This document shows, one piece after another, positions 11,901 through 24,779 of a stretch of DNA of 64,000 nucleotides (positions within the stretch are counted from its first letter, which is position 1; each line of letters begins with the position of its first letter). Location of the stretch: NCBI RefSeq assembly GCF_018977255.1, contig NW_024704742.1:83888001-83952000 (forward strand), read 5' to 3'. The position numbers were made by a program, and so were the translations under genes. The stretch is from Callorhinchus milii (Eukaryota). A model generated the notes under the pieces. That model made no database searches, was not told the DNA's origin, and saw only the letters and a program-made list of their open reading frames with translations.

Positions 11901-14900
11901 ACTTTGATGATTTTAAGAAACAGCCTGATCATGATGTGTTTGTTCGAGAAACCTGGCCGATTGAGGAACTGGATGGAGAGCTTATGAAAGATGTGTCTCC
12001 AAATGAAACTGGGTCCCCTACATTTGCAGACCTTCCTGATTTGATGAAGAGAGAGTACTCAGAAATGGGTAACTTTTTTAAAAAAAATTAGCCATTGCAG
12101 TGCTATATAAGTTGTATTCATCATGTATTCTCTTTCTTACCTTCTAAGTGGTAAGCACACTGGCATTCCTCCGCCACCCTCCCGTTTGCTAAACATAAGG
12201 AGAAAATACTAATGAACATTTTTTTTTGCCATCTTGTATCCTTTTAATTGGGTAAAACAATGACTATCATTTCAGTGGAGCCTGTTCTCTTAAGACTAAT
12301 AGGAGTTGGTATGACGACATAAATGTAATCTGATGCTTATCTACTTTACTGTACACTATGCAAGTTATTTATGATTGATGTCAGGACTAAAAGTGTGCTT
12401 AAATTCCATTCATATTTATCATTAAACCTATTTGATATCTTTCAGATGACATAATGCAGTTAGACATGGAGCTATCTACAGGAAGAGCAAGACCTATAAG
12501 AAGAGAAAGTTCCAGCAAAGAAACAGCGAGACAAGTTTCTAAGAATCTTAAACGGCAAACTAAACAGTGTAATGATCCTGATGAATGTTGGAAAGAACCT
12601 TTTCCTAGAAAAAAGACCAAACTAAGCACAAGTGAAACTACTGCAGACCATAACGCAGGGGACGTCGCATTTGGCTCAGAGTCTAGAAACCAACCGATTG
12701 AATTAAAATCTCCAGGGGTAGAGCTTCCAGCTGAACCAGGTAACTCAAGCAAACCAGCTGAACGGTGCATCAAACCAGAGACTTTTAGAGGAGAAGTGAC
12801 GAACGTATCCAGATCAACTGTACAGAAAGGGACCAAACCCATTCAAGCCTTACTCGCAAAACATAACGGGAACAAAGTGACCTTAACCAATCAGATGTCC
12901 TCCTCTGTGAGTGAGGAGGTGGCCAACTCTCAAGAAAAAAATCCAGTTACGTTGCAGTCAAGTCCAGCAAAATCTCCATTACCAGCACTTGTTTCTACAA
13001 AAGCCCCTTTGCAGATGCTTTACAAATTGCCCGATGGATCCTGTGTGCCAATCGATCTCAGTAACAGTCAGATTAAGCTTGCAATGCAACCTATTATTGA
13101 CCCGAAGACTGGAGAGAGGATTATGCAGCAAGTACTCATTGTGCCCAAAAACTTCCTAGCCCAGCGGCAAGACAGCAAATTGGTTGAAAAAGAAAGTCAA
13201 CCAAAGGCACTAAGGGATACGGAAAAACAAACTTCACTTGGCTTTCAAACTGTTAATATATGTCAGTCTCCTTCAGCAGACCTTCAGGCTCCATCAGCTT
13301 TTAAAGCTCAATTACAGACAGCTAATTTAATACAGAGTAGGGGCATTGCCAGTATAGGAGCAGTAACAAGCTCTCTTAGTCGCCCAATAACAGCCGTATC
13401 ATCATCCACGCCATGTAACTTTTTGGCATCATCAGCAACCATAGTACCACAGGGTAGGATGGAAACACCTCAAGTTATGGCATCTTCGGTTACTAGCTCA
13501 AATACAAGATGTGGTCAACCAGTAGCTATTCAGGCAGTAAATATACCCAGGCCAGTGAGCAGTACTAGTTCAGCTCAGACCTTCAAGCCACAGCAGCTGA
13601 TTGAGTCAACTGAAACAAAGCAAGAACTTAAAACCGTGTGCATAAGGGACTCTCAGTCTATTTTAGTTATGACACGTGGTGGTAACACAGGTGTTGTTCA
13701 GGTTCGAAACAACTGTGACCAAACCTCACCTAATGCTGTTACTCCAAGGCCAATATTTACTTTTTTACCAGATGTTCAGAATTTTGTTTTGTCAAAGACT
13801 ACATCGCCCTCGTCATTGCCATCTCTTCTTGTTCCAGGACAATCTTCCTTGACAAATTTTTCTCAAGTTCCAGTTTCCAGTCCCATTCCATCAGTTCCAT
13901 TGGGCCTAAAACAATTGACTGGGGAAGGAATTAAAGTAGTGGGACCTTGCAAGTCAGTAAATCCGAGAGGAGCTGTACAACTGGTAAATGCATCTGTACA
14001 CAGGCCTATTCCTTCTGGATTGTCAACTGCTTCAGAGAGTTCAAACATGACCATGCACAGCAGTACTTATAACACCATGAATTTAACAGCTGGTCCTTCG
14101 TGTGCATTATCAACTGAAGGCCTGGTCCAAAATAAGGTAGCAGGGACTCAAGCGCCAACGTTGCAAATCTCACTTGATACCGCAAGCGGAAAGCAACTAT
14201 TCTTGACCCAGCCAGAACGCAGTAAGCCTGTAGGGAGCACTTTCTTGAGCGCAACTACAATACCCAAACTTTTGTTGGTTAATAATCCCTCTGTTGTTGC
14301 TCCCTGTAACACAAGTCCAGTCAGCATGACAGCTCCTTTGACATGTACAACTGCTCAACCTCAAAAGTTAGTCTTTGTGAATCCAACAGTAACTGCAATA
14401 CCCACATCGCCCACTTTAACATTATCAACAAAGTCGCCCCAATTCCAGCATACACCATCGAACACAACACAGATATCACTGAAAAACACAGAGCAATGCC
14501 AGTTAATGCTTGTGCCCTACACCGGCGATTCCCCAATTAAGGCTGTTTCGGCACCTCAGGTAAAGGTTGCTCCTAAAGGATCAAATCCCAGCCAGGTTGT
14601 GAGAAACAGCATCCAGAAAGCCCCAGGAATCAGTGTTGTGCCAAATACATCTGCAAAAGGGGGAGAAAGGTTATCTGCAAAGAATATAGTATTACCAGCA
14701 ACTTGTATTTGCAGTTCAGTAGCAGTCCCTTCCGTTGCAATAGGAAATCAAAGTGTTTCATCTTTTACGACAGGAATCCGAATGTGCGTGAGAAATCCAT
14801 ACACAGTGACAACTGCTACAGGTGCAACTCCTTCAACGACTACTTTTGCAACATTTGGTTCACTTCCCACGGTTGTGCTTAAGGGAAACGAAAGCGTGCC

Positions 14901-16149
14901 TGGGACTAATCGGGGAACATTAAATCGGCTTCCTTTTGCTATTTCTACAGTGAAAGCAGAGCATCTTGCTTCCTCGGTCCTTTTTGCATCTGCACAGCCA
15001 AAGAACTCACAACAGTCACCGACTCCTCTCTCGTTACCAATCACAACTGCTTTACCAAACCCAATCACAGTCAGTTCAAAGATGGTACCAGCGAGCACTC
15101 ACACAATAGGTACATCTTTCCCCCCACAAAACGCACTTGTTATGAAAGACAGCAGTCAAACAGTTATTCGATTTCAGAATCCAAACACCACAGGTCCATC
15201 ACTAACAAATACAGTTGCAAGGTTTCCATCTGTGCAGGGAACTCCTCGTCTGAGTGCACCAGCTTCCTCCAATCTAATGTGTGCTGCAGGTTTAGGGTCA
15301 ACAAAAGCACGTCCAACAATGGTACACAACATGACAAAACCTCCGATAACGACTAATACGGTCCCTGCAGCTTCAGCTTTGATGTATCCTGCAGGTACAA
15401 TACCAACTTCTGTCACCAAAGTTTCCGAACCATTAAATGAATCTTGCATACGGCAGAAAATAGTCATCAATACGAGTACCCCCTTGGCTCCAGGAACTCA
15501 GATAGTCATTAACAATCATAGATTTGTTGTTCCACCACAGGGCCTTGGATCTGGTAGTCATGTCCTGTTGATTTCCAATACACTAAAACCGAATACAACC
15601 CAATCAGTAAATCTCAATCCAGGATCTCAGGCAGGAACTGATGTTACATCTGCATGCCAGAAGGGCGTTGCCATGTCTGGTGGAGCAGACCGTTCTTTGT
15701 CCACTCTGCCTCCTTGTGTTCTTCCACCCGAAAAGTTGCATCAAAACATGTGTGTTCAGAGTGGGGCACAAGCAGTGGCAGTTTCTAAATCTGTTCAGCT
15801 TGCAACATCATCAACAATGATCAATGTCCCTGTGGCAAGACCTTCACTTCAGACTACAGTAGACAAAGTCCAAGCTCCTACAATCCAGAGTACTACAAAC
15901 CCTATGTCAGGGAGTTCTACAGTTCTTCCATTAGGCACTTCCTTCAGTAAATTGCTAGTGAGCCCTGAGGGTGCAGTTTTAAATTCTATTAATACTGTGG
16001 TTAATCCCATTGCAAATGTGGTGTCTCCATCTTCTCTGACCCAAGTTTCAGGGAGTCTAAGCACAAGTTCTGCTGCAGTCTTCTCTACATATAAAGCATC
16101 TGAAGTACTCGACCCTTCTAGAACTGTTTCAGCAGCTTCCAAAGCTTAA
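1478..16149 (+). CDS. KIAA2026: KIAA2026/BRD10 ortholog, 3' six coding exons (5' exons lie upstream of the window); about 1871 aa encoded here
   Basis: Exons 1478-2916, 7999-8081, 9242-9331, 10367-10482, 11884-12068, 12446-16149 join in frame with GT-AG introns. Peptides [74 protein letters not shown] and [21 protein letters not shown] are recognisable as KIAA2026. Syntenic with MLANA and ERMP1. Confidence 0.93.
4015..4343 (-). mobile_element. Tc1/mariner-superfamily non-autonomous element (same family as 60460-60780)
   Basis: About 300 bp similarity to 60480-60780; terminus aggactttgtggacacc; minus strand reads a decayed transposase C-terminus ([16 protein letters not shown]...RIIICH.NDGAH). 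Confidence 0.7.
5320..5650 (+). mobile_element. Old Deu-core SINE
   Basis: gctgacactccagtgc...ggaggtgccgtccttcagatgagacattaaaccgagg core and tail. Confidence 0.7.
5971..6105 (+). mobile_element. Penelope-like element 3' remnant with a minimal hammerhead motif
   Basis: gagtt-CTGACGA-A-GGGTC-gtg-GACCC-GAAAC-att-gactc, then gctgcctgacctgctgag...ccagcatctgcagtattttg; same family as 39517-39726. Confidence 0.7.
6639..7015 (+). mobile_element. tRNA-derived SINE (Ala-like head, Deu-like core, L2-type tail, (TTA)n)
   Basis: Box A tagcgtagtgg, box B ggttcgattcc, core gtttgtgggaca.tgctgtgcgcaattggctgcc, tail aaatgcaaggattattatt. Confidence 0.85.
7999..8081 (+). CDS. KIAA2026: KIAA2026 exon, 83 nt ([27 protein letters not shown])
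   Basis: cttcccag|GA ... CAG|gtgtgt; phases 1 and 0 match the neighbours. Confidence 0.85.
9242..9331 (+). CDS. KIAA2026: KIAA2026 exon, 90 nt ([30 protein letters not shown])
   Basis: ttcctatag|CTT ... TCT|gtaagt. Confidence 0.9.
10367..10482 (+). CDS. KIAA2026: KIAA2026 exon, 116 nt ([39 protein letters not shown])
   Basis: ccacag|GAG ... AG|gtaatc. Confidence 0.9.
11884..12068 (+). CDS. KIAA2026: KIAA2026 exon, 185 nt ([17 protein letters not shown]...)
   Basis: ttttctag|GGCT ... ATGG|gtaact. Confidence 0.88.
12446..16149 (+). CDS. KIAA2026: KIAA2026 terminal coding exon, 3.7 kb, S/T/P/V-rich
   Basis: tctttcag|ATGAC; contains the 1231-aa ORF ending in TAA at 16149. Confidence 0.92.
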
Positions 16150-16255
16150 ATGACACCCAGCACATATCCAAACTATGGGGACTGAGAACCTTGAAAGGAA
16201 CTGCATCCATTCTTTGATTATGCCTTGGTTTTAGAAAGTTGTGACCTAGGTTTAA

Positions 16256-16261
16256 AATAAA
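16256..16261 (+). terminator. Candidate poly(A) signal for KIAA2026
   Basis: AATAAA about 107 nt after the stop; the UTR may extend further. Confidence 0.35.
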
Positions 16262-17219
16262 GCTGTTGAGATGTCTGAGAGGCACAAATATTTATTTAGT
16301 TTGTTTACCATTGTTAATTTCATGTTGAAAGGATGCTTTTTTTGTGTCGTACCCGTGAGATCTGTGTAGTTCAGTGTACAGAAACAATGTTGAAAACTGT
16401 AAGGCAGCACATTTGAAAGGACTTGTAAATTTCCCTCAGTTTATAATTTCAAGAAAAGCATAGCAATTTTAGTTATTGCTTCTTGTGCACTCAAAGCTTC
16501 TTGCACATTTACAGCACCACCTGTATCAATGTCTACATCTTTGGTATGCTACAATATTGTACTTATGTGATTTTTAAGAAATGTGTAGTCCAGAAAAATG
16601 AACATAAGACTTGTTTATATGCTATTGCTTTCTTTTTTAAATATTTAACATAGAAAACTTCTGCAGTCTGTTGTACAGTTGTAAATACTTTTGAACCCCA
16701 GCAAGTTGTACTAAAGTGAATGTACAAAACATTTTGCTAATTTATTTGTTTCTTGTTTATATAATGTATAGGTTTTTAAGCCATTTAGTAGCTTTTAAGG
16801 ACCAGTGTTTAGGAAAATGCAGAAAAGTCTGCATGATTAAAAATGTGTGCAATTGTTATTTATGTGCCTCGTACATTGTTTTATTCTAACATTTTTTATC
16901 AATTTTAATTCTATTCAGAATTAATTCTGTAGAAATAATCGGTAACATACAGTTCAACTATTTGGTAGGTTGGGTTATGTATATCCCTTGTTTCCTTAAT
17001 AGTTGAATATTGGAGAAAGGTTGCTAAAGCTTATGACAAAGCTGTACTTTTAATCGTGTAAATGCAGTATCTCCAGAAGTGCCTGCACTTAGGTACAGGA
17101 AACCAGTCAATGAAATGTGCTGAGCATGGCATATAGGAAATTTTTTTGCCAAGGAGTGCCCATCAGATTTGATAAAAATATAATGATACCAGATAAAAAT
17201 TGTGTATTCATTGATTGAA

Positions 17220-17585
17220 CCTTGTAAATAATATAGCTCATTTTCCTCGCAAGCGAAAGGACCTGGGTTTGATTCCCAAGCAGGGCAAATCATTAGGCAC
17301 GTTTCCTTTATACACCTATGTTTACCTAGCAGTAAGTAAGAACTTGTTTGTAAGTTGATTGGCGGATTGCTTTTCTGGGGGAAATAAACCCTTCATAAAT
17401 AAAAATAATAATAATTTGGTCACTCAATCCACAACTGTTTGTGGGACACTGCTGTGCGCAATTGGCTGCCGCCTTTCACCCACAATATATATAATCAATT
17501 CACTTTACAGTATATTCTGTGAAGCGATTTGTGACATCTCGAAGTGATAAAGCACTATTTCAAATGCAAGGATCATATTATAATA
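17220..17585 (+). mobile_element. tRNA-derived SINE, same family
   Basis: Box B gggtttgattccc, core and tail as above. Confidence 0.8.
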
Positions 17586-19075
17586 AATTGCAGTGGATCA
17601 ACTCTGAAGGTACTGTTCTGACACAGACAGTTTGCTGCTCGGCTATATTCTCGCTACTTTTCTTATCTTGGCACCACTGGAGACAAATGCTGAATAGATG
17701 TATACTTTCTGCAGCTAATCATAAAGTAACAAAGTCTGATTTGCGGGTTGTGCTAACCATATGCAAGTTTACATACCAAGGGAATAATAGTAATTATTAT
17801 GTAACTAACCCAAAGGAAAGGATTACAGGTGATCAAGACATCCTAGTGTCTTATTTTAAAAAAAGGAACATCTACATTTGAAAGCTGACAATTGTTTTCT
17901 GCTGTGCTGTCATAAACACAATTTTCTCTCACTATTTTAGTTCAAGCAGTTTTGGTTTTGCAGTTGGTTTTGTTTGCTCTTCTGTCGTCTGATACAACTC
18001 AGCAACCTTTGTTGTAATAATGTTTCTTCACTCAGAAGTGCACCTCCTACTGCTCTCTAGTAAATTGTTTCATTTGATTCCAGTCATTTATGAGATGCCA
18101 AATTGGGAACGTTTTGTTGGTGAGCTCACGGTGACTTGGAACTTGGTGGAGACTTCTCAAGATAATTTCACCTAGAACTGTTAGGAACTTTCATCCCAAT
18201 ATTTGGTGCTTGATGAATCTGATTTCCAGATAGAAATCAACCTCAAATGCACTGTACAACCCAATTATTTTCAGGCTTGCTTTGATTTGATTTCCCTCTT
18301 GTACCTAGGGCTTGTGACTTCTGCTGGTTGATGCCAAACTAATTTAATTCACCCTAGCGCAGAAAGACTTCTGAATGCAACAAGTAGAAGACAATTGTAG
18401 ATGCATGTCAATGTCATACTACAGTGTGTGAGACCTAGATGTTTACTGGATATTGGACTTGGATGTATAAATTAAGATGTTCAGCAGGGGAATTCAAGTG
18501 AAGGCTTTGCTTCTAGATTTAATATGTTAGCATGCATCCCATTCACAATTTTTTTAAAAAAAACTGACTTAAGTACAACTAAAACTATTGCTGTACTCCA
18601 GTCAATTTCTCCATAATTTCCAGTAAAATCTCGACAGTTTAAATGATCTGTTAAACCATTTTATTTGAAGAGAAAGGATGGCCTTGATTGTCCACTCAAC
18701 GTCAGCGACAATGTAATATAATAAAGCAAAGCAAACTTGCTGAGATGTCACCCATAATCAATGGATAATTTGCATTAACAATACAAAACGGTCCTCAACT
18801 TTGTATTTTCTATCTAGTTAACCAGGTTCGAGGAAACTATTGGTTGCCACTTAGTTTAATAATGCTATATCTATCACTTTTGTTCCTAGTTTGTGAGTAA
18901 GCACATTAATTCAGAGCTGGAATTCGCTGAAGTTTCATAAAATTTGCAAAATTTTCGTAAAAGTCAGCCTTCTTGGTACCCTTGTCTGCAATGAAGTATG
19001 TTAACAAATCCCATTGTCGAAAGTCACCATAGACTAAGTAATGTGCAAATCAGTAAAACATTTACTTGATTTAGG

Positions 19076-19081
19076 TTTATT
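19076..19081 (-). terminator. Candidate MLANA poly(A) signal
   Basis: TTTATT on + (AATAAA on -), about 130 nt past the stop. Confidence 0.45.
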
Positions 19082-19212
19082 TTAGCATACACAGATGTAG
19101 AGTGGCGTGGGAAGAGTCGAGAATATTGTTTAACAATAATATATCTACTATTAAGCTGTAGGACACTTAAAATTGTAATGAAGGCTGTGTTGGATTAGTG
19201 CCCATTGACAAT

Positions 19213-19281
19213 TTAAGGTGAGTATGGTGGAGGCAATAGTTCTGGAGTATTTTTCTCATAAGCAGGAGGGGCATCTGGAGT
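19213..19281 (-). CDS. MLANA: MLANA last coding exon (TPDAPPAYEKNTPELLPPPYSP*)
   Basis: ttctcttaacag|ACT ... TAA; two PPxY motifs. Confidence 0.94.
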   Translation of the reverse strand, partial: TPDAPPAYEKNTPELLPPPYSP

Positions 19282-22200
19282 CTGTTAAGAGAAGAAATTA
19301 AATTGTAAATTAAATGATCAGAGACTAAATCAATTTGTTATACTGCTAGGTTAAATGTTGTCTTTTGCAATTGATGTATAGCCATTGTTAATTAGCATAA
19401 ATGTAGGATTTGGCAAGTAGATTATTAATGCAAAACAATAATGGAAACTATTGCACAGCTAAACTCATACATACATGACTAAACCATTTATAAAACACGA
19501 CTACTTAAGTTGTTACAATGTATTATAATAATACCATACAACTGATTTAACTGATAAATATGTGAGCTGGACATATGAAAAGACTTAAAACGTGAGGGAG
19601 GCATGTTTCTCTTTTGTGATAAAAGGTTTTTCACTCATCTCAGATTTTGAAAGAATCCTGCAGATTAAGCACAGTACATGCTTACAACCCATCCATCGCT
19701 GATAGAATGATTTTAATTCTCTTGAGAATCCATACAAAACTTCCTTCATAGAATATGATTAGTAGACTCCAATTATTTGTAACCACGTACTGCATATTCA
19801 CAAGATCGTGAAAGGAGTCTCCTCTGGCAGGATAAAGTGTACCATTTCTCATATTGTGCATAATATTATCGATTTGCAATGTCCCTAGAAAATGCACAGT
19901 TTATTTTGCACAAGTGATTTGTAAACCTGATTTCTGCACTAAAAGTGACTTCTGATTTGTAAATGAAGTTGCAGGATTTGCCAACAAATTCACTGAAGAA
20001 TTTGCAAAAGAAGTGTGAGAAAAGACTCCCATGTCTGACGAAAGGTCAAAAAGTAAATCACCTGCTACAAAATTGCATTTACTGGGATTCAAAGTCTCAA
20101 TTTTTTTTGTGAATTTTTGTCAACAAATTTGCCTTTTTGCACGATGTTTGAGAATACCCCATTTTAGACTTCATTATAAAGTAAATAGTTTCTGTGGAAG
20201 AATATAAATTCATTCATCAGGTGAATTGGAAAGAAAAGTTACCAATTTACCAGATTCAGATCAGTGTACTCATTCAGAAGGGCTTTGGGTTCCAGAGTGG
20301 TTGCTTCTTGATTGTGGTTGCTGGGTACCACCAACGATCTGATGGCATTGTCCGACATGAGTTGGTTCTGCAAACAAACGTTTCACCTGAGAACATATTG
20401 CAATTTAAATTCTTCCCTGTGTGTGTTTTCCACCTTGGATTACAGAAGCATAATTGGTGCCACTTTACAGTAGCTGGATCTACAAAGGCAGCAAAACTTA
20501 AGTTATAGAAATTAGCACAAAAGGAGGACATTTGGTCCATGAAGCTCATGCTATTTAAATGTTATGGTCTCAGCTCAGGACATTTTTTAAGTCATTCTGG
20601 TTGAGTTTCACACTTGGTAATGGTATTACTACCTAAAAACACAGTGCTGCCACTGTCCCAGATGAGTAACTAACTTTGCACAGATCAGTGATTAAGGCTA
20701 GTTATCTTTTTGAGTAAGTAATTCATTTTAACAATGGATAACGGTTTTACCAACCTGGGGGGTGAGAAGGTTTTTTATCTAGGGCCAGGTGCCTTACACA
20801 CAGGGAAATTCATCAACGTGCTTGTATGAAACCAGACAGTTTTATACATGGTAATTTCTGTTGTGCGGAAATGGATTGCAGACTCTATCCTTGGAGGGAA
20901 ACACTCATCTTAACTAATTCCAGAAAGTGTTAGTTATGTTGGGGTACTGCTGGAGTTTAACCAGCCGCTTTCCCCATTTACCACAATTTCATCTCACTGG
21001 TTGGATCTGGATGTCACAAATGGGCCAAAGAAAACCCCTCTGCTACATGCCAGAGAGCTATGAACCATCAAATGGTCACCAATAAGGCCTAGATGTATGT
21101 TTATAATTTCTGATTTGTTTTGGACCCGTTACATGACAATTGCAGGTCACAAAGAAGAAAATAATAACCAATAATAATAGGACCTATGTAAGAAATGGGT
21201 TCCATAGTTTTAGAGCCTATTTGCTGTATGAATAATATCAAGCTATCCGGGATGCTACCCTGGGTGAAGGGTCCTATATAAATGCAAGTTGTTTTCCATC
21301 CCCATGTCCTTAAAATAGGCCTTGATGTATTTCACTGGAGAGCAACAATAGAAGTAATGCACTGCAATTTTGTGACCATTCACACAGATAGGGAAGCTGT
21401 ATAGGGACATCAAACAGCAAGTTTATAAATGACGGGGTCACCAGCAGGGCCCTGAGCACTGTAAATACCACCTCCTTGCAATTATTTTTATTGAAGCCAT
21501 AGTCAAAAGGCTGCGTACCATCAAGGTTTGAAAGAGTTGCAATTAAACATGAAATGTCAGAAGAGTCTAGAAGTAGTTAAAAGATGATAAGCCTAGAGTT
21601 TTCAGAGGGAAAAGAATGAAGCAGGTAAGTTTTACTGTCCTGGAAGTTGTGGAAAGGATCAGGGAAATATGGGTAAAATGAAGAAATTAGTCATTTCTGT
21701 CCAGTGATAGAAAGAATGCACTAGGCTCTTTTGCACATTCTTGAACAGAATCCGCAGCTGCTTTTAGTCAAACAGAACAGATACTCGACTGTAGTATCAA
21801 ATGTAATATAAAACATATATTACCTGAAGCATCATATATCCATTACGTCTTTTGTAGTACCAGCATCCGATTATCAGCAGAATTGCAAGGATTAGAACAA
21901 GAAGACCAATGCCAATAGCCCTGCAAAAGAAAAAGGTCAACAATAATTTAAATGTATTAATCTTGAACTTCATCCATATTTATCTCAGAGTGTAAGCATC
22001 CCAATTACTGAATCCAATCGAATGGACCCTGAATTTCCAGCCACTTATTCAAGGAATGACTGGAGCCTCATACTGATTGAGAACGCTCCCCTGCTGATAA
22101 TGAATTCAATGAGACAATACTCAAGCTTGCTAAACAAGTCACGGAAAAGGAATAATTTAACTGAGAATCTCGTAACAAGGATTCAGAGATAGATAAATAA

Positions 22201-24493
22201 TCCTTGCATTTGAGATAGCGCTTTTCATATCTTCTAGACATCTCAAAGCGCTTCACAGAATATACTGTAAAGTGAATTTACTATTTGTGGGCGAAATGCG
22301 GCAGCCAATTGAGCACAGCAGTGTCCCACAAACAGTCGTGGATTGAAGTAACCAATTTTTTTTTGCTCTTCTCTGGTCATGCAAGTGTGTGTGTGTATGG
22401 TGGAGACATATTCAGACCTGAAACATTAATTTACCCAGAAGAGATAAACCAGTTTTCATGTGCTTCAATTTAAGGATATTCAGCATACCAGCATGAGTCT
22501 GTCCACGATGTTATGTTATCTCTAGTAATTCATATTTCCTAATCAGCTATTTGAAGTTTAGCTTACAATTTTAAGGCATATTCACTCATATGAAATTATA
22601 TAAGTTGCCTGCAATTTGGCAACTGCGGAGTATAATTAATTCAAAATATAATTTAAAATAGGTCTCTTGTCAGGACAAGTGCACTAACAAGGGCACTTTC
22701 TGTAACAGAATATCAAAGATTTCTACCCTTCCCCTCAAAAAGATTAAAAACTCTTTAATAATAGATAATATGTAATTGATGTAGCGTTTATTATGTCAAC
22801 ATATCTCAAAGTGCTTCACATGTTTTTCTATCCAGTGGCTATGTATATTTGTTTGTGAATATTTAATCAACAACTCCAGATTAATTCCTGAGTAAAATCA
22901 TTATTGAAATTGTTTGGTAACCGTGTTATAGCCTGGGGTGCAGACAGACTCTGGAGATTTTTATCCCATTACCTCCAGTTGACTGGTTAAGCAGATGCAA
23001 AATAGGACAACATGCAATGAACAAACCTCTATTGGCTTCTACCACAAATGCTTATAAATGGAGTGCTGAATACAGTCAAAGTGGTTAGAATGGCTTGAAG
23101 CTATGTTGCTGTTGAGATAATTTCACTTGTGACCAGTGTACTTTCCACCTCTAGTCTAATTTATGGATTGGTCACAAGATCACAAGAGAAAATTGGATGC
23201 CCATTTGATCTCAATCAACACTACTGTCATCCCATTAGAGGATCAAGCTGTGTTATGGCTACAACCATCATTCCCAGTAAACTATTCCAGTTGTTCATTA
23301 ACCTCAGTGTAAATAAATATTCTGTGGTGTCTGAGCTAAAATTGACCATCACAATCCTTAACCTGTGCCCTCTTATCCTGCTGCCCACAGCACGGAAACA
23401 GCCCTGGTCAAAGTCACTAATGACATTCTGGGATTAGAGCTTGACTCTTTCTTTTATGGCCTGGGCAGCTCCATTTGTCACAATTACTAGAATTGCAAGC
23501 AAAATTTAAGGTCAACTTTAGCAGAGCAATGTACAGCTTCTGAACTAAACTGATTTGGCACTGTAGCCCAGCTTCTGTGTTTATTCCTGGCTTCCCTTCT
23601 TTGGACATGATGAGTAACAATTGGACTAACGTCATAGGTCTCCTTCAATGCTCAATCCCAATGGCAATTTCTATGCCATCCATTAGAGAAAATGTGTCTC
23701 TTATTTTTACTTCCATTATGCAGCACCTACAATTTGTCTGTAATGACCTTCATTTATTTACCAGTGATGATTCCAGGTGCATAACTTTAGAGAACTCTGA
23801 CAGATATTGGCTGCTTTAAGTTGGTATGATCACCTTACACTGAATCTATGAGTCTGGATCATCATGTATACATGAACAGGAGAGATTTCAAGATGAGCTT
23901 GTAGGGGGTCTCATTCAATACTTACCCTGTTTTTTCAGTTCTACATACCAGGCTTCAAATCAAAGACAAAACATGAGCTGTTTTGCAACAAAGTGCTGTG
24001 ATTTCACCCCACTGGATTTAATACCATATTTGCTTGAGTTACTTCTAGTACCAATAGTTTTTAATTTGCATTTAGAATCGAGGTAAAGTTATATAAAAGC
24101 AATAGATAGGATTTTTAAAAAAATCTAAATATGCATTCTCTTTGACAAAGAACAGTATATCCTCCCAAGTTTCCAGTGTTAAAAAGGTTTGAGAGTTCGC
24201 TTTGACATGCAAATAAACAAAATCAGATTTTAGTTGAGCGTTGCACCGCTTGATATTTAAACCAAGTTTAGAGGATTATTAAAATGGTGAATGGATAATG
24301 ATGACCATGTCTAAGCAACCACTGTTATAATCTTCATTAAATTTAGAGCAACACAGTTTAATGCTCGATTAGAGGAGGGAAGGGAAGTGTTATGTATACA
24401 TTTATGTCCAAATACTTACTCTTCTGCTCTGAGGTAAGGGCCATCTCTTCCAAGACCAAAAACTCCTTGCAGAGTGAAATCTTGTTTTGGCAT
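19213..24493 (-). CDS. MLANA: Melan-A / MART-1, complete 118-aa CDS in 4 exons
   Basis: Exons 24493-24420, 21920-21824, 20367-20251, 19281-19213 give MPKQDFTLQGVFGLGRDGPYLRAEEAIGIGLLVLILAILLIIGCWYYKRRNGYMMLQNQLMSDNAIRSLVVPSNHNQEATTLEPKALLNEYTDLNLTPDAPPAYEKNTPELLPPPYSP*. Shows the AEE-AxGIG TM helix, GCWY.RRNGY, PPAYEK and PPPYSP motifs, in the expected syntenic position and strand. Confidence 0.95.
20251..20367 (-). CDS. MLANA: MLANA cytosolic exon, 117 nt
   Basis: tttgtttgcag|AAC ... CTG|gtaaat; phase 0/0 and open; sequence divergent but size and position fit. Confidence 0.8.
21824..21920 (-). CDS. MLANA: MLANA transmembrane exon, 97 nt
   Basis: ttttgcag|GGCTATTGGC ... CAG|gtaata; AIGIGLLVLILAILLIIGCWYYKRRNGY. 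Confidence 0.95.
22195..22360 (-). mobile_element. SINE 3' half
   Basis: Reverse complement of core and tail. Confidence 0.75.
24420..24493 (-). CDS. MLANA: MLANA first coding exon (MPKQDF...RAE)
   Basis: ATG at 24493 in aaaaATG context; donor GA|gtaagt; upstream acceptor ccctag at 24517. Confidence 0.9.
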
Positions 24494-24579
24494 TTTTGCA
24501 GTTTAGTATCAGTTAACTAGGGTGGGGGGTGACAGAGCAAGAAACGCACAAACACGTTACATTTCACGTTAATGAAAAT

Positions 24580-24750
24580 ACTAATTATCCTTACATTTAA
24601 TATAGTGCCTTATCACGTCTTCGAGAGGTTTCAAAGCACTTCACAGAATATACTGTAAAGTGAATTGACTGAATATTTTGTGGGCGAAACGCAGCAGCCA
24701 ATTACCCACAGCAGTATCCCACAAACAGTCGTGGATTGAGTGACCAATTT
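24580..24750 (-). mobile_element. SINE 3' half
   Basis: Reverse complement of core and tail. Confidence 0.75.
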
Positions 24751-24779
24751 TTAATTTTTTTTAACTAAAATTTCTTCCA

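Noticed and set aside
12399..16142. Several antisense ORFs over the KIAA2026 last exon
   Set aside because: Shadow ORFs of the coding strand with no independent features
20035..20060. CTGACGA hammerhead-like heptamer
   Set aside because: No stem II or GAAA partner follows
20274..20549. 91-aa minus-strand ORF
   Set aside because: Overlaps the MLANA exon in a different frame; the spliced frame explains the locus
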